A model generated the notes under the pieces. That model was not told the origin of the DNA, made no database searches, and saw only the letters and a list, made by a program, of their open reading frames with translations. The position numbers and the translations under genes were made by a program. Shown here piece after piece: positions 18,776 to 29,501 of a DNA stretch of 34,868 nt. The number at the start of each line of letters is the position of its first letter. Positions within the stretch are counted from its first letter, which is position 1. The stretch comes from an uncultured delta proteobacterium (GTDB taxonomy: Bacteria > Desulfobacterota > Binatia > Bin18), in contig CAVTCR010000044.1 of the NCBI GenBank assembly GCA_963733195.1, positions 1 through 34,868 of the forward strand, in the 5' to 3' direction.

Positions 18776-21700
18776 TCACTGACTTACCTCCTCTAGCAGC
18801 GCCTGGGCCTCTTGCAAGTCTTTGGTGTCAAACCCTTCGGTGAACCAGTTGTAGATATCGGATAACAGCTGGTGAGCTTCGCTTTGCTTGCCCTGTTGCT
18901 GCCACAGACGGGCGAGGCTCGTGGACGCGCGGAGTTCAAGAGACTTAGCTTGCTGCTTTCGCGCGATGTCGATGGCTTTGAGAAAACAAGCTTCGGCCTC
19001 TGACTCCGACCTGTCGTCGCCGTTTAACTTTCGATCCTTGCTCCCTACTCTTTGGTCCTTGCTTTTTTGAGCAAGCGTCAGCTCTCCTTTAAGCCGATAC
19101 AGCTCGGCCTCGCTACAAGCGCTCCCCAGTTTTGTCCACGAAAGCCAGTGCCTCGGCCACCACAGTCAAGCCCTTCCTCTACCTGTCCCGCCTTTCCCAT
19201 ATGCCTCGGCCAGCAGGGCAAGATAATGAAGACCTGATAGACTCTACTCCGTAGCCTGGCACGTGGCCAGGCCCTGACGCAATCTGGGTAATGCCCTCCT
19301 CGCCCTGTCCCTGCTCGACTAGCGCCCAGCCCCGCACGATCGTCCCCAGCGCCAACCAGAACGGAAACCCCTGCTCGGTTGACAGGGTAATCAGTCGCCT
19401 CTGCCCGCTCTCGGGCGAGCGCCCCTCCCGGCGGAGAAGATGGAACACAGGCAGCCACAACTAAAGGCATACGGCCAGACTAAAGGGGTGAGATAACTCC
19501 TGCAGCCAAGGCTAGCTGCCTCCTGGCTCCTCTTGCAGGGCCTGGTCCGGATAGCCCAGCATACCACAGGGTCCAGGAGCCATAAGAGAAGGCAATCCAC
19601 CCTCGGGTTAGTCCTGAGACCAGACGACAGAGGGAGGGTGCGTCTGTGGATCATAGAGGGCAATCGCTCTGCTCTAAGTGTGTCGCGGGCCGAGGTAAAC
19701 TCGCCCAAGAATAGATACAAGGTGTCCCCACGGTCACGCGTGAGCTCCACAGAGGAGATACGGGTCTTGGACGCTCTGGGCCAGATGCAGCATCTGCTCC
19801 GCCAGCTCCTGTGCCGTCTGTACCTCCCCTCGCGACTACGATAAAATACAACACAGTCCATACAGCACCGGGAAGAGCTGCGGAGTTTCTCCCAGCTGCT
19901 GGCACAGTTCCCGGGCCCGGGTATAGTTTTTTCCACTTCCGGGGCCGCATAGCCCTTGACAGGCCATCAAGGCGCACCCAGGGCGATTTGTAGAGGTGAG
20001 TTCTTGCTGGACGCGCTCGGGCGTGTCCGGCAGGGCCTTGAGCACTCCAGTCCCTTGGTGAGGTGAGCTAATCGCTTCCACATAGGCCGAGCGCTGACTA
20101 GCTCTGCTCACCCGCCTGTCTGCCAATAGGGAATGGCCTGCTCTATCAAGCCCTGCCTCGGTGTAGTGATGCGCGAGGAGTTCAGGCTGGGTCTCTTTGG
20201 TATCTGGAAATCGTTCTGCCAGCACCTGAGCAATCTGCTGGTGATACTGCTGCCGCTTGCTCTTCAGGAACGATTGATAGGCCGTGTCTTGAATGAGGGC
20301 ATGCTTGAAGAGGTAGCGTGCCTGTGGCCGAAGCCCGCGTTGATAGAGCAACTCGGCTTCAACTAATTTGCTTAAGGCCGTGCTGTAAGTCAGCTTCGCT
20401 CAGCGGAGACACAGCTTGGAAGAAGTTCGTACGAAACTCTCGCCCGAAGGTCGCTCCGAGTTGGGCTACCTGTCTTGCACCGGTGCAAGCCGGTCGAGCC
20501 GCGCCAGCAAGCGAATCTTGTAGGGTGGCAGGAATCGCCAACGGTGGATGGTGCACGGTACGCTCCCACTCGGACGCCTCTACTCGACTCCCCGACTCCA
20601 GACACTCTTGGTCAACTCTTCCACAAACAGCGGCACTCCGTCGGTCTTGTCACAATCTGCTCCACTACGTCCGCTGGCAGAATCGATTTCCCGCCGTACT
20701 TTCTCGATCATTGCCTCGACATGTTCGTCCCAACCGATTGAGAGTGAGTTGCGTGAGGTAGGAACGCGGCTTCCACGGCGGTATGAACTCAGGCCGAAAG
20801 GTCAGCACCGAGAATAGCCTGGTGGTCGGAATTTGTTCCATGAAGCAGCGAAAGGAACTTCGAGCGACGACGGGTCCGCCCAATGCAGATCTTCCCAGCA
20901 CAGTACACCGTCGCCTTCCGCTGGCTTCTTCCATGATCCACTGCTACCAGGGCTTCTTGCGTCTTTTGCTTCTGTTTCTGCGGCCTCAGAGTCAGCGGTG
21001 GATACCTTGACGGGGTTGGCAACGAAAGTAAGTTCGGTAAACGAGTGGTAAGGATCAGCCTGCAGGAACGATAGAGGCTCAAGCATCTGTTCGAGTTTCT
21101 CGAGTTTGGCCTGACGTGAATCCTGTCGCGCTGAAGAGCAACGTGCGCTGCAGGACGTCGATCAGGGGATAGAAGGCACTGTTTTGGTGATACGGCGAGC
21201 AGCGAGCTTCAAACGCGTAACGTCCCTTCCGCCAGACACCTGCTCCTCGCAGTGTCTACACCAGGCGCGATTTACCAATGCCCGGCTCGCCACTAAGCAG
21301 CACCACTTGGCCCCGCCCTTCTTTGGCTTGCTCCCAGCGATCCTGCAGTAATCCCGCTTCTTGGTCACGACCGATTAAGGGAGTTAAGCGTCGTGCCCCC
21401 GGCAACCTCAAAGCGGCTCTGCGCGTTACTCTGCATGATGATAGACGGCAATCGGAGTGGCGATACCTTTGAGGAGGTGTGAGCCCAAAGGGCTGACACT
21501 CAAACAAGCCCTGGACTAGGTGCTGCGTCACCGCACTCATGACCACCGTGTCAGGCTCGGCCAAGTCCTTGCACGCGAGCAGCAATATTAGGCGTCTCGC
21601 CTAACGCCAGCATACTCCGTCTTCTCACTCGCTGCCGATCTCACCAATCACGACTAACCCGGTGTGAATACCAATGCGGACTTGGATAGGATTCGGTACC

Positions 21701-22193
21701 TCCTGCTGGAGACGAGATATGCGCTCTGACGATCTCCATCCCCGCACGAACGGCACGCTGGGCCTCATCTTCATGCGCGGCAGGATAACCGAAGTAGACC
21801 AGTAACCCATCACCCAGATATTGGGCCATGTAGCCGTCATAGCTGCCGGATCACTGCGGTGCAGGTCTCTTGATACTGCTGCACGACTTCCCGTAACTCT
21901 TCGGGATCAAGCTGTGCGGAGAGTGCGGTCGAGCCCACCAGGTCACAGAACAACACCGTGAGCTGACGCCGTTCGGCTTCCGCCCGGGAAGGAGCCACGA
22001 ACTGCGGGGAAGCCTCTGCAAGCTGCACCCGTGCCGGCTCTCCGGTGAGCGGAGTAGCGCAGGCACCGCAAAACTTGAATCCGGGCGGGTTTGCAAAGCC
22101 ACATTGTGGACAGGGATGCTGGAGGGGAGCGGCACACTGCCCACAAAACTTCATACCCTCGGGATTCGCAAACCCACAGCTCGCACAGCGCAT
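18776..22193 (-). CDS. Double zinc ribbon-cyclase-STAND ATPase-TPR protein, copy 2 (heavily frameshifted)
   Basis: [55 protein letters not shown]-like Walker [12 protein letters not shown] and C-terminal [23 protein letters not shown]. Confidence 0.85.
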
Positions 22194-22430
22194 GCCGCTT
22201 CTTTACTCTTTTAGGTGCTTCGGGGCAAGGAAAAGTTCACCTCTCTCCTTGAGGTCGCCATTTGTGACTACTTGCGCGGGCTTCGCCACACCCCAGCGAC
22301 GTATAGTAAACCGGTCTTCGTCCTGCTGGACGCGGCCTTCCTGTGAACAGTCACCTCTCCAGAGTGCGCTCCTTTTTTTGTGATCCAATCGAGCGAAGAT
22401 TTGTCGACACTCCTTTATGATCCCGGGTAC

Positions 22431-24005
22431 TCAGCGGGCGCAAATGATCACCCCTTCGTCTCCGCGTAAGCGCAGAGCGCCGCTGACCGCCTCACCCTCC
22501 CGGTCGAGAACGGTGGAGAGGATAATCTGTCCTTGGACCTCGGTGTGATTCACTGTGATGGACTCGCTCGCGAAGTTCAGCACCACCACGAATTGCTCCC
22601 GCCTGTAGGCGAGCACACGTTCGTCCGTCAGGACTGGCGCGTACCGGCCAGTTTGCAGGGCGGGTTCGGTGGCACGCAGCGACAGCAGGCGCCGGTAGAG
22701 GGAAAGGAGTGAGCCGGGGTCACGGCGGAGGGTAGCAACGTTAACCTGCGGATAGTTCTCGGCGATCGGCAGCCACGGCGCGCCAGTGGTAAAACCGGCG
22801 TGTGACCCTCCTTCCCACTGCATCGGTGTGCGCGCCGGGTCACGCCCAAGCCCGGGCACGTTTTTCCCCCAGGGATCGTGCGCCGCTGCAGGCGGGATAT
22901 GCACGTCACGCATCCCGATCTCGTCCCCGTAATACAGCGTCGGTGTGCCACGCAGGGTGAGGAGCAGCATGGCCGCCACCCGTGCCTGCCCCGGGCCCAC
23001 CCGCGTCGCGACGCGCGGGTTGTCATGATTCCCTAACACCCAGTTAGGCCAGTGTAGTCCGGCGAGCAGCCCCTCGTAGGAGTCAATCACCGGCCCGATC
23101 AACGTCGGCTGCCACGCCAACTTGACGAGCTGGAAGTTAAACGGAAAGTGAAATCCGGCCTCATAATAGGGCAGCAGCCGGGGGAGCGGCAGGTACGCCT
23201 CGCCGATCATCATGCGGTCGTCGTATTCGTCCAGCACCTGCCGCATGCGGCGAATCACGTCCCGCAGTTCTGGCTGGTCCCGCGAATACGTCGGCAGCAG
23301 TTGGTAGTACGGATCTTGCCCGGGAGTATAATCGGGGTTTGGTGGGTCGTCCCGCCAGGCGGCGTCTTTGATCAACCGCGACACCGCGTCCACACGGAAT
23401 CCGTCGACCCCGCGGTCCAACCAAAACCGCAGGACCGACAGCATCGCCTGCTGGACGTCGGGATTGCGCCAGTTTAGATCCGGCTGCTCTTTGAGATACG
23501 TATGCAAATAATACTGCCCGGTGCGCTCGTCCCACTGCCAGGCACCGCCGCCGAACACGCTACGCCAATTGTTGGGCGGCGCACCGTCGGGTCCGGGGTC
23601 GCGCCACAGGTACCACGCCCGACGTGGATTAGCGCGCGAGGAACGGGACTCTAGGAACCACGGGTGCTGGTCGGACGTGTGGTTCGGGACATAATCCAGC
23701 AGTACTTTCAAACGCAGGCGGTGAGCGGCGGTCAGCAGCGCATCAAAATCCTGCAGCGTACCGAAGAGCGGGTGAATGTCCGTGTAGTCGGACACATCAT
23801 ACCCGAAGTCCGCCATAGGCGACGGAAAGATAGGAGAAAGCCACAGGGCGTTCACGCCGAGCCAGTGCAGGTAGTCGAGCCGGCTGAGAATGCCGGGCAG
23901 GTCGCCCACCCCGTCGCCGTTGCTATCCTGGAATGAGCGCGGGTAGATTTGGTAAATGACTCCGGTCTGCCACCAGCGCGGTGGCGCAGTGATACTCGCA
24001 TCCAT
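22431..24005 (-). CDS. GH13 alpha-glucosidase / oligo-1,6-glucosidase family
   Basis: YQIYPRSFQD, DFGYDVSDY, VPNHTSDQH, GFRVDAV, IGE, NHD and RDPARTPMQW. Confidence 0.94.
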   Translation of the reverse strand: MDASITAPPRWWQTGVIYQIYPRSFQDSNGDGVGDLPGILSRLDYLHWLGVNALWLSPIFPSPMADFGYDVSDYTDIHPLFGTLQDFDALLTAAHRLRLKVLLDYVPNHTSDQHPWFLESRSSRANPRRAWYLWRDPGPDGAPPNNWRSVFGGGAWQWDERTGQYYLHTYLKEQPDLNWRNPDVQQAMLSVLRFWLDRGVDGFRVDAVSRLIKDAAWRDDPPNPDYTPGQDPYYQLLPTYSRDQPELRDVIRRMRQVLDEYDDRMMIGEAYLPLPRLLPYYEAGFHFPFNFQLVKLAWQPTLIGPVIDSYEGLLAGLHWPNWVLGNHDNPRVATRVGPGQARVAAMLLLTLRGTPTLYYGDEIGMRDVHIPPAAAHDPWGKNVPGLGRDPARTPMQWEGGSHAGFTTGAPWLPIAENYPQVNVATLRRDPGSLLSLYRRLLSLRATEPALQTGRYAPVLTDERVLAYRREQFVVVLNFASESITVNHTEVQGQIILSTVLDREGEAVSGALRLRGDEGVIICAR

Positions 24006-27000
24006 TACCGGCCCTCCGACAATTGGTGCAGCAACGCCTTGGCCTCTTGTAAGTCTTTGGTGTCAAAGCCCTCGGTGAACCAGTCGTAGATCTCGGATAA
24101 CAACTGGTGAGCTTCGTCGAGCCTGGTGCGTGTCTCGTGGTGCGTGGTACGTGATTCGGACTGCGTTGCTTGCTGTTGTCGTAGCCGAACAAGACTCATT
24201 ACGGCGCGCAGTTCGAGGGACTTCGCTTGTTGCTTTTGGGCAATCTCAATCGCTCGTAGAAAGTAGGTCTCCGCCTCTTCTACTTTCCACTCTCCACTTT
24301 CAACTTTCAACTGAAGCGTGAGCGTCCCTTTGATCCGATACAGCTCCGCCTCGTAGAAACGCTCTCCAGTTTTATCTACCATGAGCCAGCGCCTCGGCTA
24401 GCGAAGGTCAGCCCTTCCTCAGTTTGTCCCGCTTGCCCATACGCCTCGGCCAGCAGGGCAAGAAAATACGGCCGTTCTATATTTACCCCAATGGCCCGTG
24501 AGGCGGCCAGACCCTGGCGCATCTGGGCAATCCCTTCCTCTCTTTGCCCTTGCTCGGCGAGCGCCCAGCCCCGTAGGCAAGTGCCCGACGCCAACCAGGT
24601 CGGAAACTCCTGCTCGGTAGAAAGCGTAATCACCGCCTCGGCCTGCTCTTGGGCCGCCTGCACCTCTCCACGGCGGTTGATGAAACACGGCGGTAAAGTG
24701 CAGGGTAAAAGCTAGACTAAAGGGGTGAGACAGCTCCTGAGCCAGGATCAGCGCATCGTGCATTTCCGCCCTGGCCCGAGAGGGATACCCAAGCTGCCAG
24801 AGGAGTATCGCTAATTGGGTTTGGATGCCTAGACCGGTGTCGGCCCCGCCGTGCGCAAAGATAAGCGCATGGTGCTGCTGGGGGTCGTACAGGGCAAGCC
24901 GCTGTTCCAGGTGCGGTCGGGCTGGCACCCAAGTCACCGAGATTCAATAATAAGGTTACTCCATCAACTGACAGAGTCTCCAAGAGGAGGGCTGGTCTGC
25001 TGCGTGCGTGTCAGCAAGAGCGCCATACTGCTCGGCTATGCTCAAGTGCTGCGCTGGAGATTGCCGCCCGCATGAAATATAAATACACACAGTCCCCACA
25101 GGACAGGGAAGAGTTGAGGGGAGTCTCGCCGAGCTGCTGACAGAGTTCCGTGCGCCCGTCTGTATGGCTTGCTCTACTTCTGGGGCGGCATAGCCCCTTG
25201 AGTGGCGATCAACAGCTGGGCCAAGGGTAATCTGCAAGAATAATTCCTGCCGGGTGCGCTCGGGGGTGTCCGGCAGGGTCTTGAGCAGTTCAAGGGCAGT
25301 AGTGAGATGAGTGATCGCTTCTGCGTTCGCCGAGTGTCGCACTGCTTGTTGCCCAGCCAGCTAAAGATACTCCACGGCTTTTGCGTATTCCCACTGCGAC
25401 TGTAGTGATACGCCAACTCGCTGTAGTGGTCTTCAAGGTTTAGTGGTGAAGAGCTCTCAATGGCCTGGGCGGTGCTCTCGTGTAAGGCTTTGCGTTGCTC
25501 CTGCAGCACCGTGCCGTAGGCCACCTCCTGCGTCAGGGCATGCTTAAAAATGTACTCGACTTCCGGAAACGCGGGCTGTTCGTAGAGAAATTCTTTGCGC
25601 TGGAGGGAGGCAAGGAGGTGGTACAGTTCGTCTTCGGGCTGGGTGATCACCTGACGGATCAGACTCACCGGGAACTCGCGCCCGATGACCGCCAGCTGTT
25701 GCAAGAGAGCTTTCTCGTCTGGCGCGAGGCGGTCGATACGGGCGGCGAGCACGGCTTGCACGGTGGGAGGAATATGAAGGTCAGTGGGCGGGCTTGTGCG
25801 TCGAGCGCGAGCAGTGCCTTCCTACAGTCGCGGACCAACACGCCTTGCTCGACCAACTCCTGCACGATCTCTTCCATGAAAAACGGCGTGCCTTCAGTCT
25901 TTTCTAGGATGAGGTGCTTGAGGTCATGCAGGGGCGATCGGCCGGTCGCCCCTACGGTGACACCTAAGCAAGACATCCAAGAAATTCTTCCGCCTCCGCT
26001 TGGCCGAAGGGCACTAACCGCAACTGCGTGTAATACGTCTTCTGTCCCCACTCGTGCCGATACTCCGGGCGATAATTAACGAGCAACAGAATTTTGGCAC
26101 GAGGCCACCCCTTCACTGAGCGTGTCTAAGAATCCTTGCGTCTCACTATCAATCCAGTGCAAGTCTTCAAAGACCAGGACCAGCGGTTGGTTCAGACTCT
26201 CTCGCAGAAAGAGTTTCTTCACTGCCTCAAACGTCCGCCGCCGCCGAATCTGTGGGTCCATCTGCTGGAACGGCGAAGGTTGTTCTTCAATCCCCAGCAA
26301 GGCGAACAGATAGGGCAGCGTGTCTTCTAAGCTGCGGTCGAGCATCAGCACTTTACCGGTCGACTTTCTCTCGGCGCTTGCGCTCGTCGTCTTGGGGCTC
26401 AATGCCGGAAGTAACTCTTGAGTAACTCAATCACCGGCAGATACGCCGACGCTTTCCCGTGTGAGACCGAGTAGGCTTGAAGCACGAGGCAGCTAGCTTG
26501 CGAGTGTAGCGATTGCAATAGCCTTAGAATTCGTAGAAACAGCCGCGATTTCCTAACCCCGGCTCGCCCATCACGCCCACGATTTGCCCATGCCCGGCTT
26601 TGGCCTGCGCTAACGCCTGCTGCAGTCTGCTCCATTTCGCCTGCCGGCCGACAAACCGTGTCAACCCGCGGCGGGCAGCGACTTGTAACCGGGTGCGTAA
26701 CTGGTCCCGCCCCAAGCACTTCGTAGACATTCAGCGGCTCTTCGACGCCTTTGATCTGCGGTCTTACCTAAGTCTTTGAACGCAAAGTAGCCATCGGTGA
26801 GTTTGTACGTGTAGGCCGTAACAAGAATCGAACCCGGCGCGGCCAATTGTTCCATCCGCGCCGCTAAGTTCGTCGAATGTCCGATCGGGACGTAATCCGC
26901 ATGCAAGTCATCTTTGCGAATCGAGCGTAGCACCACTTCCCCGGTGTTCACGCCCACACGCATTAACAGTGGTGGATAACCTTTCTGACGAAGAGTGTCA

Positions 27001-27608
27001 GTATAGCGGCTGCATCTCCTCTTGCATGCGTAGCGCGGCATACAGGGCCCGTTGGGGATGATCTTCATGGGCCAGCGGCGCGCCGAACAGGGCAAAGATG
27101 CCATCGCCTAACACCTGGGCGACGTAGCCCTCGTAGCGATGCACGGCGTCCATCATGAGCTGCAGAGGCGGGGTCAATAATGGCGCGGGCCTCTTCGGGG
27201 TCGAGTCCTTCGATCAGGGCGGTCGAACCTTTAAGATCGGCAAACAGCGCCGTGATCGTTTTGCGTTCACCATCGGTGACAGTCGCCGCGCGAATGCGTT
27301 CAGCGAGGTGGGGAGGAGTATAACTCACGGGACTAGGGTCTAGCATCTGAGGTCTAGGGTCTAAGGGAAGGACGGGTTTTGACTCTGGACTCTGGACCCT
27401 AGACCCTAGGACTGTCTTTGCCGACCCACACCAGCACCCTCCCATCTTCGTCAATGGCCAGCCGCTTGGCGTCTATGATTTCCGCGGTGAGGTCTGCTAG
27501 ATAGTCATCATCTATCTCCAGTCGACGCTTCAACGCGCGATAGGTGACACGCCCATCACGTTGGAGCAGCATCAAGATCTGTTCGAGATGTTCGTCAAAC
27601 GTCATCAC
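24005..27608 (-). CDS. Class III cyclase-STAND ATPase-TPR protein, copy 3 (multiple frameshifts)
   Basis: GRVTYRALK N-domain, LFADLKGST, TNLAARME, FEDLHWID, FKHALTQEVAY and [18 protein letters not shown]. Its stop overlaps the GH13 start (TAATG). Confidence 0.88.
25928..25955. repeat. GTAG-type REP palindrome inside coding sequence
   Basis: Minus strand GTAGGGGCGACCGGCCGATCGCCCCTGC, a near-perfect 28-bp hairpin encoding VGATGRSPL. Confidence 0.85.
27333..27408. repeat. Inverted heptamer tandem arrays in the N-terminal linker of copy 3
   Basis: CTAGGGT CTAGCAT CTGAGGT CTAGGGT CTAAGGG ... GACTCTG GACTCTG GACCCTA GACCCTA. Confidence 0.85.
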
Positions 27609-27678
27609 TTCCCCTCACCATTCGCCTATGACACGAGTACGTGGCTTTCCCGTAATCGTGCGAGCCCCTCTCCTACGG

Positions 27679-28077
27679 TTAGGTGAGATTGTCAGTGTCG
27701 TGTAGATCTTGGCGAATTTTCACCCGTTCCCTGCTATTCATATCCAACACCTGTACCGTCGCTCGTCCTACCGGTGTGAGACCTTTAATAACGGCGCCCT
27801 GAAAAACAAAATGTTCGGTCCATATCTGTTCACGCGGATTGAACAATGCGGCCAGTGTTCCCATCACGGGGTCTATACCCGCCAGATTTGGTCCCTTTTT
27901 TAAGTTACATCCTTGGCACGACAGCGAGAGGTTCTCCGGCGAATCGTCGCCGCCGTGTTGTTTGGGTCGGATATGGTCAATGTGGTACGGGATGTAGACA
28001 TCGCGTTCCGCCAGGCCGCAATATTCACAGCGGTGGTACGCCCGCTCGCGGACTAGTCGTCGGACGCTTATCTCCAT
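27679..28077 (-). CDS. HNH endonuclease
   Basis: CEYC...HIDHIRPKQHGG...NLSLSCQGCNLKKG, LFNPR..W..HF and TPVGRATV..L.MN. Confidence 0.92.
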   Translation of the reverse strand: MEISVRRLVRERAYHRCEYCGLAERDVYIPYHIDHIRPKQHGGDDSPENLSLSCQGCNLKKGPNLAGIDPVMGTLAALFNPREQIWTEHFVFQGAVIKGLTPVGRATVQVLDMNSRERVKIRQDLHDTDNLT

Positions 28078-28361
28078 CAGACTGAAGGTGCCGCCGTCGA
28101 CTGGAGAAATTTGCGCGCCTTGGCTTTGAGTAAGGTCATCACCTGATTGACCTGGACGTAACTTTCGTACTCGGCGCGTTCGTCTGGCGTGAGCGTTCCT
28201 TCGTTACATTTGTCGGCCAGCTCTTCGACCCGTGCGACGACGGCTTCGTTCGCTTGCAGGTTAACGAGTTTCTGGGCAACCTCCGGGGTTAAGCAGGCGC
28301 CAAAAGGTTCCAGTAAATCATCAAGCAACGTGCCTTCGGAGGGAGTTGTGTCTGTCGCCAT
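28077..28361 (-). CDS. Small helical protein coupled to HNH (antitoxin-like)
   Basis: 94 aa; ELADKCNEGTLTPDERAEY; TGATG stop/start overlap with the HNH gene; GAGGT RBS. Confidence 0.75.
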   Translation of the reverse strand: MATDTTPSEGTLLDDLLEPFGACLTPEVAQKLVNLQANEAVVARVEELADKCNEGTLTPDERAEYESYVQVNQVMTLLKAKARKFLQSTAAPSV

Positions 28362-28491
28362 GTCGCATACCTCTAGGTGTCCTTGTACCTGAGAGCGAAT
28401 CGACGGTCCACCAGCCGTGGCGTGCGCTCCCTTTCATTTGTTCTCGGACAACATGAAGAGCTCGGAGAATTTCACATGCCCTCCGCACAGG

Positions 28492-29436
28492 TTATGACAC
28501 CCGTCGATACTTCGAAATGCTGCGCAGTTCCCGCGGCGGCTCCAGGTGTCGTCCGCGGATCGAGTAGGACACCTCTGCCACGTAAATGTCGCCATGGGAA
28601 TCCACGGCAATGCCGTGCGGCGCAATGAATTGACCCGGCCCTTCTCCCTCTTCGTCGGCACCGAAGCGGCAGACCATGCGACCCTTCAGATCATAGATGG
28701 AGACGCGGTGTCCCAAGCCAGGGGCGTCATCCACGCCCCCCATGCCATTGAGTTCCCCCACGTAGATATGCTCCCCCCATAGCACCATGGCATCGGGCCG
28801 ATGGATATTATTCCACATGGTGATGAAGGCGCCCTGCGGATCAAAGATCTGGATGCGGTGCGCCTCGCGGTCCACAACATAGACGTGGTCGTCGTCGTCA
28901 ATGGCGATATTGTGCGGACGGATAAATTGACCGGCATCAATGCCAGGGCGACCCCAGGAAAATTTGTACTCGCCTGCCTCCGTATAGACGTGGATACGGG
29001 AGTTGCCATAGCCATCGGACACGTAGACGTCACCGGTGCGTGGCCTGATCGCGGCTGACGTGGGCCGGTTGAACGGTGCGCCACTCCATTTTTTAGCAGG
29101 GGCGTTACGTTGGCCGATTTCCAGCAACTGGCCACCGTCCGTGGTAAACTTCTGGACTGTATGAATGCCGTCGTCCGCCACCAACAGGGAACTATCATGG
29201 GCGATATACAGGCCATGGGTACGGTCGCTAAAATACCCCTGGCCGAATGAGCGGAGGTAGGTTCCCTCGCAGTTGAACACCATGATTGGATGCTGACCGC
29301 GGGTGAGCACGTAGACATTGTCCCGCGCATCAACGGCGACGCCGGGGCATTCGTGAAAAGTGACGCCCTCGGGCAGCGTGCCCCAGCCATCGACATACTC
29401 ATAGCGAAAGTCTCCGATTCCATACACTTCACGCAT
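28492..29436 (-). CDS. NHL-repeat beta-propeller, peptidyl-alpha-hydroxyglycine amidating lyase-like
   Basis: THGL, FNRPT, VSDGYGNSRI, GQFIRPHNIA, DREAHRIQIF and GQFIAPHGIAVDS. Confidence 0.88.
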   Translation of the reverse strand: MREVYGIGDFRYEYVDGWGTLPEGVTFHECPGVAVDARDNVYVLTRGQHPIMVFNCEGTYLRSFGQGYFSDRTHGLYIAHDSSLLVADDGIHTVQKFTTDGGQLLEIGQRNAPAKKWSGAPFNRPTSAAIRPRTGDVYVSDGYGNSRIHVYTEAGEYKFSWGRPGIDAGQFIRPHNIAIDDDDHVYVVDREAHRIQIFDPQGAFITMWNNIHRPDAMVLWGEHIYVGELNGMGGVDDAPGLGHRVSIYDLKGRMVCRFGADEEGEGPGQFIAPHGIAVDSHGDIYVAEVSYSIRGRHLEPPRELRSISKYRRVS

Positions 29437-29501
29437 GACGTGCCTCCCTTCGCGGCGGATAGAGCCTCAACTCGGCTTCCCCAGGCCGATAATCCGCTCT
29501 C

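Noticed and set aside
22203-22388. 61-aa ORF upstream of copy 2
   Set aside because: No motif or convincing start signal; cannot be supported as a gene.
28686-29432. 248-aa alternative-frame ORF overlapping the NHL gene
   Set aside because: No recognisable motifs and Ser/Thr/Pro/Arg-rich; a typical shadow frame of a GC-rich gene.
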